DNA from: Micropepsaceae bacterium
GTDB lineage: Bacteria > Pseudomonadota > Alphaproteobacteria > Micropepsales > Micropepsaceae
Length of the DNA stretch: 64,000 nt
Reading direction: 5' to 3'
Assembly: GCA_965227535.1 (NCBI GenBank)
Contig: OZ245761.1
Coordinates: 4,733,366-4,797,365 of the forward strand
Of the stretch, positions 53,014-62,751 are shown piece after piece. Every line of letters starts with the position of its first letter. Within the stretch, counting starts at the first letter, position 1. The notes beneath the pieces are model-generated. The model made no database searches and had not been told where the DNA came from. It saw nothing but the letters and a program-made list of their open reading frames with translations. The position numbers were made by a program, and so were the translations under genes.

Positions 53014-54642
53014 ATGCTGCGCCTGACCGAACTCAAACTGCCGCTGGAACACACGGACGCAGACCTGCGCGCCGCACTGATCAAGCGTCTGAACATCGCC
53101 ACGGGCGATCTCATCGAGTTCACCGTCTTCCGCCGCGGCGTCGACGCGCGAAAGCCCAAGGCGATCGTCCTCATTTACACCCTCGACGTCGCGCTGAAGA
53201 ACGAAGCGGCAATCGCGAAGCGCCTGGCGCGCGACCGCAACGTCACCCCCGCGCCCGACATGGACTACCGCTTCGTCACACACGCCGAGAAATCGCCCGC
53301 AAAACGTCCCGTGGTGATCGGCGCCGGCCCCTGCGGTTTGTTCGCAGCGCTCATCCTTGCGCAGATGGGCATGAACCCCATCGTACTCGAACGCGGCAAA
53401 GTCGTCCGTGAACGGACAAAAGACACCTTCGGCTTCTGGCGCAAACGCATCCTGAACCCGGAATCCAACGCGCAGTTCGGCGAGGGCGGGGCAGGGACCT
53501 TCTCAGACGGCAAGCTCTACAGCCAGGTGAAAGACCCGCGCTATCTTGGCCGCAAAGTCCTCACCGAATTCGTGAAGGCCGGCGCCCCGCCCGAAATCCT
53601 CTACGTGTCGAAGCCGCACATCGGCACGTTCCGCCTGGTCACGATGGTCGAACACATGCGCGCGACGATCGAAGCCTTAGGCGGCGAATTCCGCTTCCAA
53701 ACCCGTGTCGAACGCATCGTCATCGACAAAACGAAAACAGGCGAACGCCGCGTCGAAGGCCTGATCCTGTCGGACGGCACAACGCTCGAAGCCGACCACG
53801 TGGTCCTCGCCGTAGGCCACAGCGCCCGCGACACATTCCAAATGCTGTACGACGAAGGTGTCTACATCGAACCGAAGCCGTTCTCGATCGGCTTCCGCAT
53901 CGAACACCCGCAATCCCTGATCGATCGCGCACGCCTAGGCCCGAACGCAGGCAACAAACTGCTGGGCGCCGCTGACTACAAGATTGTCCACCACGCCTCG
54001 AACGGCCGTTCCGTCTACAGTTTCTGCATGTGCCCGGGAGGCACAGTCGTCGCGACAGCGTCAGAACCCGGCCGCGTGGTGACGAACGGCATGAGCCAAT
54101 ACTCACGCAACGAACGCAACGCCAACGCCGGCATCGTCGTCGGCATCACGCCGGCGGATTATCCGGGCCACGCACTCGCCGGCATAGAATTCCAACGCCA
54201 CTGGGAAGCTGAAGCCTACAAAGCCGGCGGCGAAACCTATTCAGCCCCCGGTCAACGCGTCGAGGACTTCATCGCCGCCCGCCCTTCAACCGAGCTCGGC
54301 ACGGTCACGCCGTCTTACAAACCATCAGTAACGCCGACCGATCTCTCAACCTGCCTTCCCGACTACGCGATAGCCGCAATACGCGAAGCCTTGCCCGCCT
54401 TCGACCGCCAAATCAAAAACTTCGCACTTCCCGACGCCGTGCTAACGGGCGTCGAAACCCGCACGTCTTCCCCCATCTCTATCCGCCGAGACGAAACGTT
54501 CCAAAGCCTCAACACCAAAGGTCTCTACCCGGCAGGCGAAGGCGCAGGCTACGCGGGCGGCATCCTCTCCGCCGCCATCGACGGCATCAAAGTCGCCGAA
54601 GCCGTGGCGCAAAATAGCGTCGATACGCTCACTGCGGCGTGA
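53014..54642 (+). CDS. FAD-dependent oxidoreductase (COG2509-like uncharacterised dehydrogenase)
   Basis: VVIGAGPCGLFAALILAQMG dinucleotide fold, GAGTFSDGKL, CPGG, GEGAGYAGGI. Confidence 0.85.
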   Translation: MLRLTELKLPLEHTDADLRAALIKRLNIATGDLIEFTVFRRGVDARKPKAIVLIYTLDVALKNEAAIAKRLARDRNVTPAPDMDYRFVTHAEKSPAKRPVVIGAGPCGLFAALILAQMGMNPIVLERGKVVRERTKDTFGFWRKRILNPESNAQFGEGGAGTFSDGKLYSQVKDPRYLGRKVLTEFVKAGAPPEILYVSKPHIGTFRLVTMVEHMRATIEALGGEFRFQTRVERIVIDKTKTGERRVEGLILSDGTTLEADHVVLAVGHSARDTFQMLYDEGVYIEPKPFSIGFRIEHPQSLIDRARLGPNAGNKLLGAADYKIVHHASNGRSVYSFCMCPGGTVVATASEPGRVVTNGMSQYSRNERNANAGIVVGITPADYPGHALAGIEFQRHWEAEAYKAGGETYSAPGQRVEDFIAARPSTELGTVTPSYKPSVTPTDLSTCLPDYAIAAIREALPAFDRQIKNFALPDAVLTGVETRTSSPISIRRDETFQSLNTKGLYPAGEGAGYAGGILSAAIDGIKVAEAVAQNSVDTLTAA

Positions 54643-54739
54643 AACGTCCCATCACGGGATTCCATCCGTCGCCATGTCGGCAACCTTAGAGCGTCCTGAG
54701 CCGTTCTCACTCTTGTGAGCCCCGAAGGACCGTCGCGCC

Positions 54740-55327
54740 GTGAACACGAAGACCGCCGCAAAAGACTTCCCCGTCGTCTGCGTGGGCGGTTCGGCGGGTG
54801 GGCTTGACGCCTACATCAGGCTTCTAAAGCATTTACCCGCAGACATGGGCGTCGCGATCGTTATCGTGAATCACTTGCGCCAAGTCGCGACGCGCCTCCA
54901 CGAAATTCTGCCAAACTACACCAAGATGCCGGTCGAGCTGATCACCGACCGATTGCTGATCGAGCCGAACCACGTTTACATCATCCCCGCGCAGCGCGAC
55001 CTGCACGTCTATGACGGCGAGTTTCGGCTCAAGCCGATATCGAAGCCGCGCGGCTGGCCCGATGTCATCACCGTCTTCTTGCAGTCGCTCACCCGCAATT
55101 GGGACGGCAAGCTGATCGCCGTCATCGTCTCCGGCTACGACGGAGACGGCGCCGACGCGATGTGCGGCATCAGGGACGTCGGCGGCATCACCATCGCTCA
55201 AAAGCTCGACACCGCCCAACAGCCGGACATGCCCAAGAGCGCCATCGCGACCGGCTGCATCGACTACATCCTCTCGCCTGAAGATATCGCCGACAGAATC
55301 GCGTGGATCGCATCGCACGGCCGATAG
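54740..55327 (+). CDS. Stand-alone CheB-type methylesterase domain protein
   Basis: VVCVGGSAGGLDAY (Ser), VIVNHL (His), VSGYDGDGA (Asp), IAQ...MPKSAI follow the CheB_methylest pattern. No receiver, CheR or kinase domain is attached. GTG start. Confidence 0.8.
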   Translation: MNTKTAAKDFPVVCVGGSAGGLDAYIRLLKHLPADMGVAIVIVNHLRQVATRLHEILPNYTKMPVELITDRLLIEPNHVYIIPAQRDLHVYDGEFRLKPISKPRGWPDVITVFLQSLTRNWDGKLIAVIVSGYDGDGADAMCGIRDVGGITIAQKLDTAQQPDMPKSAIATGCIDYILSPEDIADRIAWIASHGR

Positions 55328-55341
55328 GGTTGTGCGCGGCG

Positions 55342-56145
55342 TCAAACCGTCGGGACCGTCCCGCCGTCGATCACATACTCGCTGCCGTTGATCGACGCGG
55401 CGCGATCCGACGCCAGGAACGCAACGAGTTCCGCCACCTCCTCCGGTCGCCCCGGTCGCCCGATCGGAATGCCGCCGAGCGACTGCATCAACGTGTTCCG
55501 TGCCGCTTGCTCGTCGACGCCGTCCGCCTCCGCCAATCGCACGATCAAGCGATGCGCAGCCGATGTCTCGATGAACCCCGGCGCCACGGTGTTCACGCGC
55601 ACGCCCTTCGGCCCCACCTCCTTCGACAGCCCTTTGCTGTAGGTCGTGAGCGCCGCCTTCGCCGCCGCATACGCCAGCGTGGACTCGAAGAGTGGCAACC
55701 GCCGCTGAATCGAGGAAATGTGTATGATCACGCCCGCACGACGCTGCAACATGCCCGGCAAGACCGCGCGATCGAGACGCACGGCGGCGAAAAGGTTCGT
55801 ATTGATCTCACTCTGCCAGTCGTCGTCCGACAGCGCGAGCGCGCCGCCCCCCGGCGCCGACGATCCGCCGACGCCGTTGATGAGAATGTCGACGCCGTCG
55901 AACGCGGACATCACGGCCGCGGCGACTTTGTCCGCGCCCTCGCGCGTCGAAACATCGGCCTGAACGAACAGATCCACAGTCTGACCGGCCGGCAAGGGCG
56001 AGCGCGCGGCTGTCGCCACCCTGGCGCCGCCGGCCCTAAGTCGGCGGACAATGGCTTCGCCCATACCTTGCGTGCCGCCGGTCACGAGTACGCGCTTACC
56101 AGCGAACTCGCTCGCATCAAGCGCAAAAGGTCGCGGCCCGCTCAC
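55342..56145 (-). CDS. SDR-family oxidoreductase
   Basis: [14 protein letters not shown] (TGxxxGxG), [12 protein letters not shown] (YxxxK). The GTG start overlaps the stop of the upstream SnoaL gene (GTGA). Confidence 0.9.
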   Translation of the reverse strand: MSGPRPFALDASEFAGKRVLVTGGTQGMGEAIVRRLRAGGARVATAARSPLPAGQTVDLFVQADVSTREGADKVAAAVMSAFDGVDILINGVGGSSAPGGGALALSDDDWQSEINTNLFAAVRLDRAVLPGMLQRRAGVIIHISSIQRRLPLFESTLAYAAAKAALTTYSKGLSKEVGPKGVRVNTVAPGFIETSAAHRLIVRLAEADGVDEQAARNTLMQSLGGIPIGRPGRPEEVAELVAFLASDRAASINGSEYVIDGGTVPTV

Positions 56146-56471
56146 GTGACGATCTCAAGGCGCGAGATCTTGCCGCCGCTGAGCGTGAACGCGTACTGCA
56201 ACTCGACCGGACTACCGGGGAAGTTACCGGACACGCGGCCTGTCACGATCGTTCGGCCGTTTGCTTGCGCCGCACCAAGCACCTCGACGATCGGGTGATA
56301 CTTTTCGACCGACTCGGCCTTCCAGGCGCGAATGGCGGCAAGACCACGATGATCGCGCCCTTCGTCGCGAACGACGGCGTCGTCGGCAAAGGGCTGGGCG
56401 GCATCGCTCGCGTCATGCGCGTTCGATCCAGCTATGTAATCGCCGATCGGCTTGGGAAGGGTGCTGGACAT
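56142..56471 (-). CDS. SnoaL/NTF2-like fold protein
   Basis: Start reset to [15 protein letters not shown] (GGAG RBS). About 109 aa, with the ...[10 protein letters not shown]...G..AI..W... pattern of SnoaL-like proteins. Confidence 0.7.
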   Translation of the reverse strand: MSSTLPKPIGDYIAGSNAHDASDAAQPFADDAVVRDEGRDHRGLAAIRAWKAESVEKYHPIVEVLGAAQANGRTIVTGRVSGNFPGSPVELQYAFTLSGGKISRLEIVT

Positions 56472-56622
56472 TTTGGGTCTCCGTTGGAGGCGGGAAACGC
56501 GCGAAACGGGGCCGCGCGTTGTGTCCTTTAAAGGATGGGAATAGTCTTCCCGCGTGACAAGAACGCACGAGAAAGTGGGCAACGCACCGGAAGGTAAGCG
56601 TGAGCGCCCGGACTACACGCCG

Positions 56623-56934
56623 ATGTCCGCCGCGCGCGGCGTCGAAGAAATTCTCGCCATGTTGAACGGCCGCTGGAAGCTGGTGATTTTGTTTCACCTG
56701 TTCGGCGGCAAGGTCATGCGCTTCTCGGAACTCGAACGCGCGATCCCCGACGTTTCGCAAAAGATGCTGGCGCAACAACTGCGCCAACTCGAAGACGACG
56801 GCATCGTCAAGCGCACCGTCTATCCGGAAGTGCCGCCGAAAGTCGAATACGCGATGACTGAGTGGGGACAGTCGCTCTGCCCCGCACTCGACGAGTTATT
56901 GAGATGGAACGAGAGAAGCGAACAGCCCGGCTGA
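56623..56934 (+). CDS. HxlR-family winged-helix transcriptional regulator
   Basis: LNGRWKLVILFHLFGGKVMRFSELERAIPDVSQKMLAQQLRQLEDDGIVKRTVYPEVPPKVEYAMTEWG. An alternative GTG start lies at 56554. Divergent from the SnoaL-SDR operon. Confidence 0.85.
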   Translation: MSAARGVEEILAMLNGRWKLVILFHLFGGKVMRFSELERAIPDVSQKMLAQQLRQLEDDGIVKRTVYPEVPPKVEYAMTEWGQSLCPALDELLRWNERSEQPG

Positions 56935-56944
56935 ACGGCGAAAC

Positions 56945-57178
56945 CTATTGCACGTCCGTCTCGGGCGGCTTGCCGTCGGAATGCTCGGTCTTCCAGCGAC
57001 CCTTCTCATCCTCGAACTGAATATCGCGCGGCGCCGTCGCCACGCGCTGCTCGCCCGCGGCGCGCTTCGCGGCGGCTTCCGCTTCGGCGCGCGTGCGAAA
57101 GGTCTCGGCGAACACGTCGCCCACTTTGTAGGTCCAACCGCCGTCATGCTCGACGACCTTGTAGTGTACGTGGGTCAT
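56945..57178 (-). CDS. DUF2188-like small protein
   Basis: HYKVVEHDGGWTYKVGDVFAETFRTRAEAEAAAKRAA matches the DUF2188 pattern. Confidence 0.65.
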   Translation of the reverse strand: MTHVHYKVVEHDGGWTYKVGDVFAETFRTRAEAEAAAKRAAGEQRVATAPRDIQFEDEKGRWKTEHSDGKPPETDVQ

Positions 57179-57338
57179 AAGGTGCTCCTGCGGACTGCCG
57201 CTACGGCTGACATAGGCCGACGTCTCGCCAAAGGAAAGCTGGACTTAGGTGTTACCGCCGCTCGACAGCCCCGCCGCGATCCACTTACCATACCACCCGC
57301 GAAACGCGGACCCGATCCGCGACACCTGGGAGAGCCAC

Positions 57339-57743
57339 ATGAAACTCGAAGGCGGATGCTACTGCAAAGCGCTGCGCTACGTCGCCGAAGGCGAACCGAT
57401 GATGAAAGCGCAGTGCCACTGCCGCGAATGCCAATACCTGACCGGCGGCGGCGCCAACTACTTCATCGCGATGCCGATCTCAGGCTTCAAATACACGAAG
57501 GGCGAACCGAAAAAGTTCAGCCGCAAAGATCTCGAACGCCCCGTCACCCGCGATTTCTGCGCCGAATGCGGCACCCAAATCGTCACCCGCCCGCCAGGCT
57601 TCCCCGCCGTGATCGTGAAAGTCGGCACCCTCGACGACCCAAAACAATTCGAAGGCCCGAACCTCGCGATCTACACGATCGACAAACAACCCTTCCACGA
57701 CATCCGCCCCGGCCTGCCGACGTTCGAGCGATTGCCGGGATAA
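57339..57743 (+). CDS. GFA-family protein (second paralogue in the window)
   Basis: Start reset to MKLEGGCYCKALRY. CHCRECQYLTGG and FCAECGTQI Cys clusters. Confidence 0.85.
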   Translation: MKLEGGCYCKALRYVAEGEPMMKAQCHCRECQYLTGGGANYFIAMPISGFKYTKGEPKKFSRKDLERPVTRDFCAECGTQIVTRPPGFPAVIVKVGTLDDPKQFEGPNLAIYTIDKQPFHDIRPGLPTFERLPG

Positions 57744-57821
57744 AAGTTCGCCGACAGCATTCGGAGTGCGCGCCCGGCCTAAGCGAGGCGATGGTCCACC
57801 CGTCTCAACGGGGTGGCGCGC

Positions 57822-58538
57822 ATGTCTCACTTTCTCTTTCTGCATGGCAGTTGGCACGGCGCCTGGTGCTGGCACAAGATCCTGCCGCGGATGGCAGCCG
57901 CCGGGCACCAAGCGGTTGCCATCGATTTGCCCGGCCGCGGCCGCACGCCGGCAACGCCCGCTCTCGTCGGCCTCAAGCATATGGTCGACGCCGCCGAGGC
58001 GGCGCTGGCGCGCCAAGACAAGACCATCGTCGTGGTTCACAGCCGCAACGGCATCGTCGCCTCTAGCCTCGCCGAACGATTGCCCAACCGGGTCGCGCAA
58101 ACGATCTACCTCGCCTCGTTCATGCTCCCGTCCGGTCGGCGCGTGCTCGACTACGTCCCCGACAAGCAATCGCTGATGCCCGGCAACGTCACGGTCAATC
58201 GACTGGCGCTGTGGGGTTGGCTGAAGCCGCAGGCCTATCGCGAGGCGCTCTATGCCGACTGCAGCGAAGGCGACATCGCGCTCGCCAATGCGCTTCTCGT
58301 GCGCGAACCGGTTCGTCCGGCCCTGACGCGCCTGAGCCTCTCGCAAGACCGCTACGGCCGCGTTCCGCGCGCCTACATCCGCTTGACCCAAGACAACGCT
58401 GTGTCCCTCGCGTTGCAGGACCGCCTACTGGGCGAAACAAGTGTAGACCGCGTTGAGAGCATCGACGCCAGCCATTCGGCCTACTTCTCTCAACCGGATA
58501 AGCTCACACAAATTATCCTCAAGCTAGCGGGGTCTTGA
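57822..58538 (+). CDS. Alpha/beta hydrolase (methylesterase-like)
   Basis: HFLFLHGSWHGAWCWHKI..., VVVHSRNG elbow region, C-terminal SHSAYFSQP. Confidence 0.8.
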   Translation: MSHFLFLHGSWHGAWCWHKILPRMAAAGHQAVAIDLPGRGRTPATPALVGLKHMVDAAEAALARQDKTIVVVHSRNGIVASSLAERLPNRVAQTIYLASFMLPSGRRVLDYVPDKQSLMPGNVTVNRLALWGWLKPQAYREALYADCSEGDIALANALLVREPVRPALTRLSLSQDRYGRVPRAYIRLTQDNAVSLALQDRLLGETSVDRVESIDASHSAYFSQPDKLTQIILKLAGS

Positions 58539-58597
58539 TTTGTCGCACGAGCACATAACGACGCCGAAGGGACTTCCAGCGTCGCGAATTAGCGAGC

Positions 58598-58999
58598 TTA
58601 ATCCTGGCCCGCCGCGCGGCTGATGCGGAACACGTGGCCGTCGGGGTGGCGCACGTGCATCTCGCGCACGCCCCACGGCTCGTCCCGCGGCGGCATAGTG
58701 ACGTCCAGCCCCTGCGCCACGCAGGTGGCGTGGATCGCATCGACGTCGTCGACCCAGATCGACATCCAAACACCTTTCTCGGCGCTGTCGTCCTCGGAGG
58801 TCGACGACAGATGGCTCTTGCCGCGCCCGCCCTGCGCGTTCTGGCAAAGGAAAATCTCGCAATGCCCGGAGCATACGCCGCCGAATGTCGGCGGCGTCCC
58901 CCAATCCCAGCCCTTCTTCCAGCCCAGCTTCTCGAACCAGGCAAAACTCTCGACGATGTTCGAAACGTTCAAAATCGGCGTCAGCCTGTGCGCCAGCAT
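58598..58999 (-). CDS. VOC-family (glyoxalase/bleomycin-resistance-like) protein
   Basis: Start reset to MLAHRLTPILNVSNIVESFAWFEKLGW (GGAGG RBS). C-terminus PWGVREMHVRHPDGHVFRI. Confidence 0.8.
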   Translation of the reverse strand: MLAHRLTPILNVSNIVESFAWFEKLGWKKGWDWGTPPTFGGVCSGHCEIFLCQNAQGGRGKSHLSSTSEDDSAEKGVWMSIWVDDVDAIHATCVAQGLDVTMPPRDEPWGVREMHVRHPDGHVFRISRAAGQD

Positions 59000-59120
59000 G
59001 CATGCGCCTCCACAAAAGCGAGGCGCCGACCATAGGCAAGCCGCGCACCGCCGCCAACGCCGATTGCATCGACCGCGCCGGCCCGCCCATACTGCCGCCA
59101 TCGCGTCATTGAGGCACACA

Positions 59121-60362
59121 ATGAAATTCGGCGTCTTCTACGAAATGCAGTTGCCCAAGCCCTGGGCGCCCGGCGACGAACGACGCCTCTTCCACGAGGC
59201 GCTGGCCCAAGTCGAACTCGCTGATCGCCTTGGCTACGATCATGCGTGGGAGGTCGAGCATCACTTCCTCGACGAATACTCGCATTCCTCGGCGCCGGAA
59301 GTGTTCCTCGCCGCCGCAGCCGCACGCACGAAGCGCATTCGCTTAGGCCACGGCATCCGCCAGGTGATCCCGAACTACAATCACCCCGCGCGCACGGCCG
59401 AGGCGCTGGCCACGCTCGACATCATGTCGGACGGCCGCGTCGACTTCGGCATCGGCGAAGGCGCGACGCGCCTCGAACTGGGCGGCTTCTTCATTCCGGC
59501 GAAAGAAAAGCGCGCCATGGCGATCGAGGCCGGTGAGCAGATCGCCAACATGATGGTGATGGATCCGTATCCGGGCTTCGAGGGCAAATACTTCAAAATG
59601 CCCTGCCGCAACGTGCTGCCGAAGCCGGTGCAAACCCCGCACCCGCCGATGTGGATGGCCTGCACGAACAGGGACACGATACGCGTCGCCGCATCGCTGG
59701 GCGTCGGCGCGCTCGCCTTCGCCTTCGTCAATCCGGAGGAAGCCCGCGCCTGGAGCGAGATCTACTACGGCATCATCGCCTCCGATAAGTGCGTACCGCT
59801 CGGCCATTCGGTGAACGCCAACATCGCGATGGTCTCATCCTTCTCGATCCACCACGACCGCGCGGAGGCGATAAGGCGCGGCCACGAAGGCTTCGAATTC
59901 TTCGGCTACGCCCTCAACGCCCTCGTCGCGCGCGACACGACCCCAGGCCGCACGAACTTGTGGGGCGAATATCTGGCCCTACGCGGCAACCGCACCGAAG
60001 AACTTGCAGCCGCCGCCAACAACGCGCCCAGCGGCTCTGGAATCGGCACGCCCGACGACATGCGCCTGCACCTGCGCGCGTTCCAAGACTCCGGTGTCGA
60101 CCAAGTCATCTTCATGCAGCAAGCCGGCCGCAACAAACACGACCACATCTGCGCCTCGCTCGATCTCTTCGCCGCCGAAGTGATGCCCGAGTTCAAATCG
60201 CAAGTGGAACAACGCGAACACGCGAAGGCGAAGCGCCTCGCGCCGTTCATCGAAGCCGCTCTCGCCCGCAAGCCAAAAATGAAACCACTGGCCGACCACG
60301 AAATCCCGGTCGTCCGCGCCTCGGTCGCGCAAGCCCAGGTCAATCAAACAGCCAAGGCATAA
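59121..60362 (+). CDS. LLM-class (luciferase-like) flavin-dependent oxidoreductase
   Basis: MKFGVFYEMQLPKPW...LGYDHAWEVEHHF...SSAPEVFLAAAAARTKRIRLGHGI is a classical luciferase-like monooxygenase N-terminus. Confidence 0.9.
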   Translation: MKFGVFYEMQLPKPWAPGDERRLFHEALAQVELADRLGYDHAWEVEHHFLDEYSHSSAPEVFLAAAAARTKRIRLGHGIRQVIPNYNHPARTAEALATLDIMSDGRVDFGIGEGATRLELGGFFIPAKEKRAMAIEAGEQIANMMVMDPYPGFEGKYFKMPCRNVLPKPVQTPHPPMWMACTNRDTIRVAASLGVGALAFAFVNPEEARAWSEIYYGIIASDKCVPLGHSVNANIAMVSSFSIHHDRAEAIRRGHEGFEFFGYALNALVARDTTPGRTNLWGEYLALRGNRTEELAAAANNAPSGSGIGTPDDMRLHLRAFQDSGVDQVIFMQQAGRNKHDHICASLDLFAAEVMPEFKSQVEQREHAKAKRLAPFIEAALARKPKMKPLADHEIPVVRASVAQAQVNQTAKA

Positions 60363-60364
60363 GT

Positions 60365-60544
60365 ATGGATCGAGATCCGAGGAAGTGGCGGCGGCTCTAC
60401 GTCATCCAGGGATCGGGCGCACTTTGTTTCATCGCAGGTATGACGGCGTTCTTTAGTACGCGTGACGAGTTGTTCGTCGCGGCGGGCATCATGGCCTTCG
60501 TCATCGCGGGACTCGTCAGCTGGACTACCTTTTGGCCGAAGTAG
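60365..60544 (+). CDS. Small hypothetical 2-TM protein (59 aa)
   Basis: ATG lies 3 nt after the LLM stop. Two hydrophobic segments. No other support. Confidence 0.3.
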   Translation: MDRDPRKWRRLYVIQGSGALCFIAGMTAFFSTRDELFVAAGIMAFVIAGLVSWTTFWPK

Positions 60545-60564
60545 TGGCCACCGTTCGCAAGTAG

Positions 60565-61191
60565 CTACACCGCCGTCAAATACCCCATCACCATCCGCGT
60601 CAGTTCGTCCTCGAACTCGCGCGAGCCGATGAACTTCGCGTCCTCATAGGTCGCCGCGCGCACCACGCCGTCGACCGCGCGCGTAAGAACGAAAAGCGTG
60701 ATAGGCGAGGGCGCCCGCGCATTCGCCGGCAGCAGACTGCCGAGCCGCGCCGCGATCAGCGTAGCGATCGCCTGCACCGGCTGCGCGATCTCATCGCTGC
60801 CGCCGCTTGCGATTAAGGTCTCCATCAAAATCCGCCGCGCCTTGTTACGCCGGCCGTACCCCTTGATCAGTGCCCGTACCGCGAGACGAACGGGCAACTC
60901 GTTGGACGTCTCCAACTCCTCCGTCAAAGCCTTGGCGACCGCATCGCCCACCGCCTGGTTCTCGCGCCGCGCCATCGCGAGCAGGATCGCCTGCTTGTCC
61001 GGAAAATACGAATAGAGCGTACCGATGCTGATCCCGGCCAATTCCGCCACGCGGTTGGTGTTGAACCCGGCGCGCCCCTCGCTCTGCAGAATCCGAGCCG
61101 CCGCCTCGAAGATCGTCTCGACCGTATCCAGCGCACGCGCCTGCCGCGGCTTTCGCCGTGCCAAATCAACCACTTGCCGTGCCTTGGCCAT
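60565..61191 (-). CDS. TetR-family transcriptional regulator
   Basis: Start reset to MAKARQVV... FNTNRVAELAGISIGTLYSYFPDKQAIL is the TetR_N HTH. Confidence 0.9.
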   Translation of the reverse strand: MAKARQVVDLARRKPRQARALDTVETIFEAAARILQSEGRAGFNTNRVAELAGISIGTLYSYFPDKQAILLAMARRENQAVGDAVAKALTEELETSNELPVRLAVRALIKGYGRRNKARRILMETLIASGGSDEIAQPVQAIATLIAARLGSLLPANARAPSPITLFVLTRAVDGVVRAATYEDAKFIGSREFEDELTRMVMGYLTAV

Positions 61192-61292
61192 AAGATCGTC
61201 GCTTCCCAAAACCCGAGTACAGAAATACGAGCAATCCTCATATAACAGCCGGGTGCTCGAATCCAGCACCGCCCGCGCGAAAGGTTGCCGTC

Positions 61293-62669
61293 ATGATAAA
61301 CCGTGTACTGAGGATCGCCGCCCTCGTCGCCGTCGCGCTGGCCATCACCGCCGCCATTGTCACGCGCCCCGACATCCTGATCCAAACCGCATCCGGCTCG
61401 ACCAGCCACATAGTTTGCTCGAAGGCGTTCATCACCGGCCTCGCGCCAGAAGAAGCCTACGCACAAAACATGCGAACCGAACCGGGCATGGGCCTGATCG
61501 CTTGGGCGCTGCACAACGACGTCGACCGCACTGCCAAACGCGTCACGACGACCGTGTTCGGCGCCTTCAAAAGCAGCGCCAAATTCCACGACGGCTACGG
61601 CTGCCGGCTGGAGTTCGCAGGCGACGTCCCGCTCGACACCCCGCCGCAGCCCGCAAACGACGTGCCCGCGTCGCTGCCCGAAATCGCCGGTCCCGACATC
61701 GTCACCCCAGCCGATCCCGCGCTCACCCGCGCGCTAGACAAAGCCTTCGCGCCGCGGCCCAACGGCCCGCCGCGTTGGCCGCACGCCATTGTCGTGGTGC
61801 ACGGCGGCCAAGTAATCGCCGAACGTTACGCCCCCGGCATCGGCGTCGATACACCGCTGCTCAGCCACTCGATGGCGAAATCCGTGATCAACGCGCTCGT
61901 CGGCATCTTGGCCGGCCAGCAAAAGCTCAAGGTGGAAGACGCCGTCCCCGCACCCGGCTGGCAGGGCAACGTCACCGTCGATCAGCTGCTGCGCATGGAC
62001 TCAGGCTTGCCGCTCGACGAAGGCATGGGCCCCGGCCTCGCGCAGCGCATGTGGTTCACCGCCCAGGACAACGCCGCCTTCGCCGAACACACGCCGCTCG
62101 CCACGCCGCCGGGGACACAGTGGGCCTACGGCAACCTTGGCTACGCAGTGCTGTCGCGCATCGTCCGCGACGCTGCCGGCGGTTCGCCCGTAAAGGTCGC
62201 CAAATTCGCCGACCGCGAACTCTTCGCGCCCCTCGGCATCCGCACCGCGACGCTCGAGTTCGACGGCGCGGGCTCCCCCATGGGCGGCAATTCCTTCTTC
62301 GCCAGCGCACGCGACTGGGCCCGCTTCGGCCTGCTCTATCTAAACGACGGTATGGCCGGCGAGCGCCGCATCCTGCCGGAAGGGTGGGTGGCGTACTCCA
62401 GACGCCAAACCTTGGACGCCGGCTACGGCGCAGGTTTCTGGCTCAACACGGTCGACACCGTGTTCCAACCGTGGGGCAACCACTGGGGCATGAAGGGCGT
62501 TCCGAAGGATGCCTTCTTCGCCCGCGGCTATCTTGGCCAATTCGTCGTCGTCATACCCTCCGAAAACCTTGTCGTGGTGCGCATGGGCGTCGACACCAGG
62601 CCCGGCGGCGGCATCGAAGACATGGCCGAACTGATCCACGAGGTGGTCGCGGCGCTCCGCGACAATTGA
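61293..62669 (+). CDS. Serine hydrolase of the beta-lactamase / penicillin-binding fold
   Basis: SHSMAKS (SxxK), YGNLGY (YxN-like), signal/anchor N-terminus. Divergent from the TetR gene. Confidence 0.85.
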   Translation: MINRVLRIAALVAVALAITAAIVTRPDILIQTASGSTSHIVCSKAFITGLAPEEAYAQNMRTEPGMGLIAWALHNDVDRTAKRVTTTVFGAFKSSAKFHDGYGCRLEFAGDVPLDTPPQPANDVPASLPEIAGPDIVTPADPALTRALDKAFAPRPNGPPRWPHAIVVVHGGQVIAERYAPGIGVDTPLLSHSMAKSVINALVGILAGQQKLKVEDAVPAPGWQGNVTVDQLLRMDSGLPLDEGMGPGLAQRMWFTAQDNAAFAEHTPLATPPGTQWAYGNLGYAVLSRIVRDAAGGSPVKVAKFADRELFAPLGIRTATLEFDGAGSPMGGNSFFASARDWARFGLLYLNDGMAGERRILPEGWVAYSRRQTLDAGYGAGFWLNTVDTVFQPWGNHWGMKGVPKDAFFARGYLGQFVVVIPSENLVVVRMGVDTRPGGGIEDMAELIHEVVAALRDN

Positions 62670-62751
62670 CGCGACCGCGCCGCGAACCTAAACCGGTCGG
62701 AGCGGCGGAGAGCCGACCGATGACGTCTTCGCCCAGTAACCGCAGGTGCGA

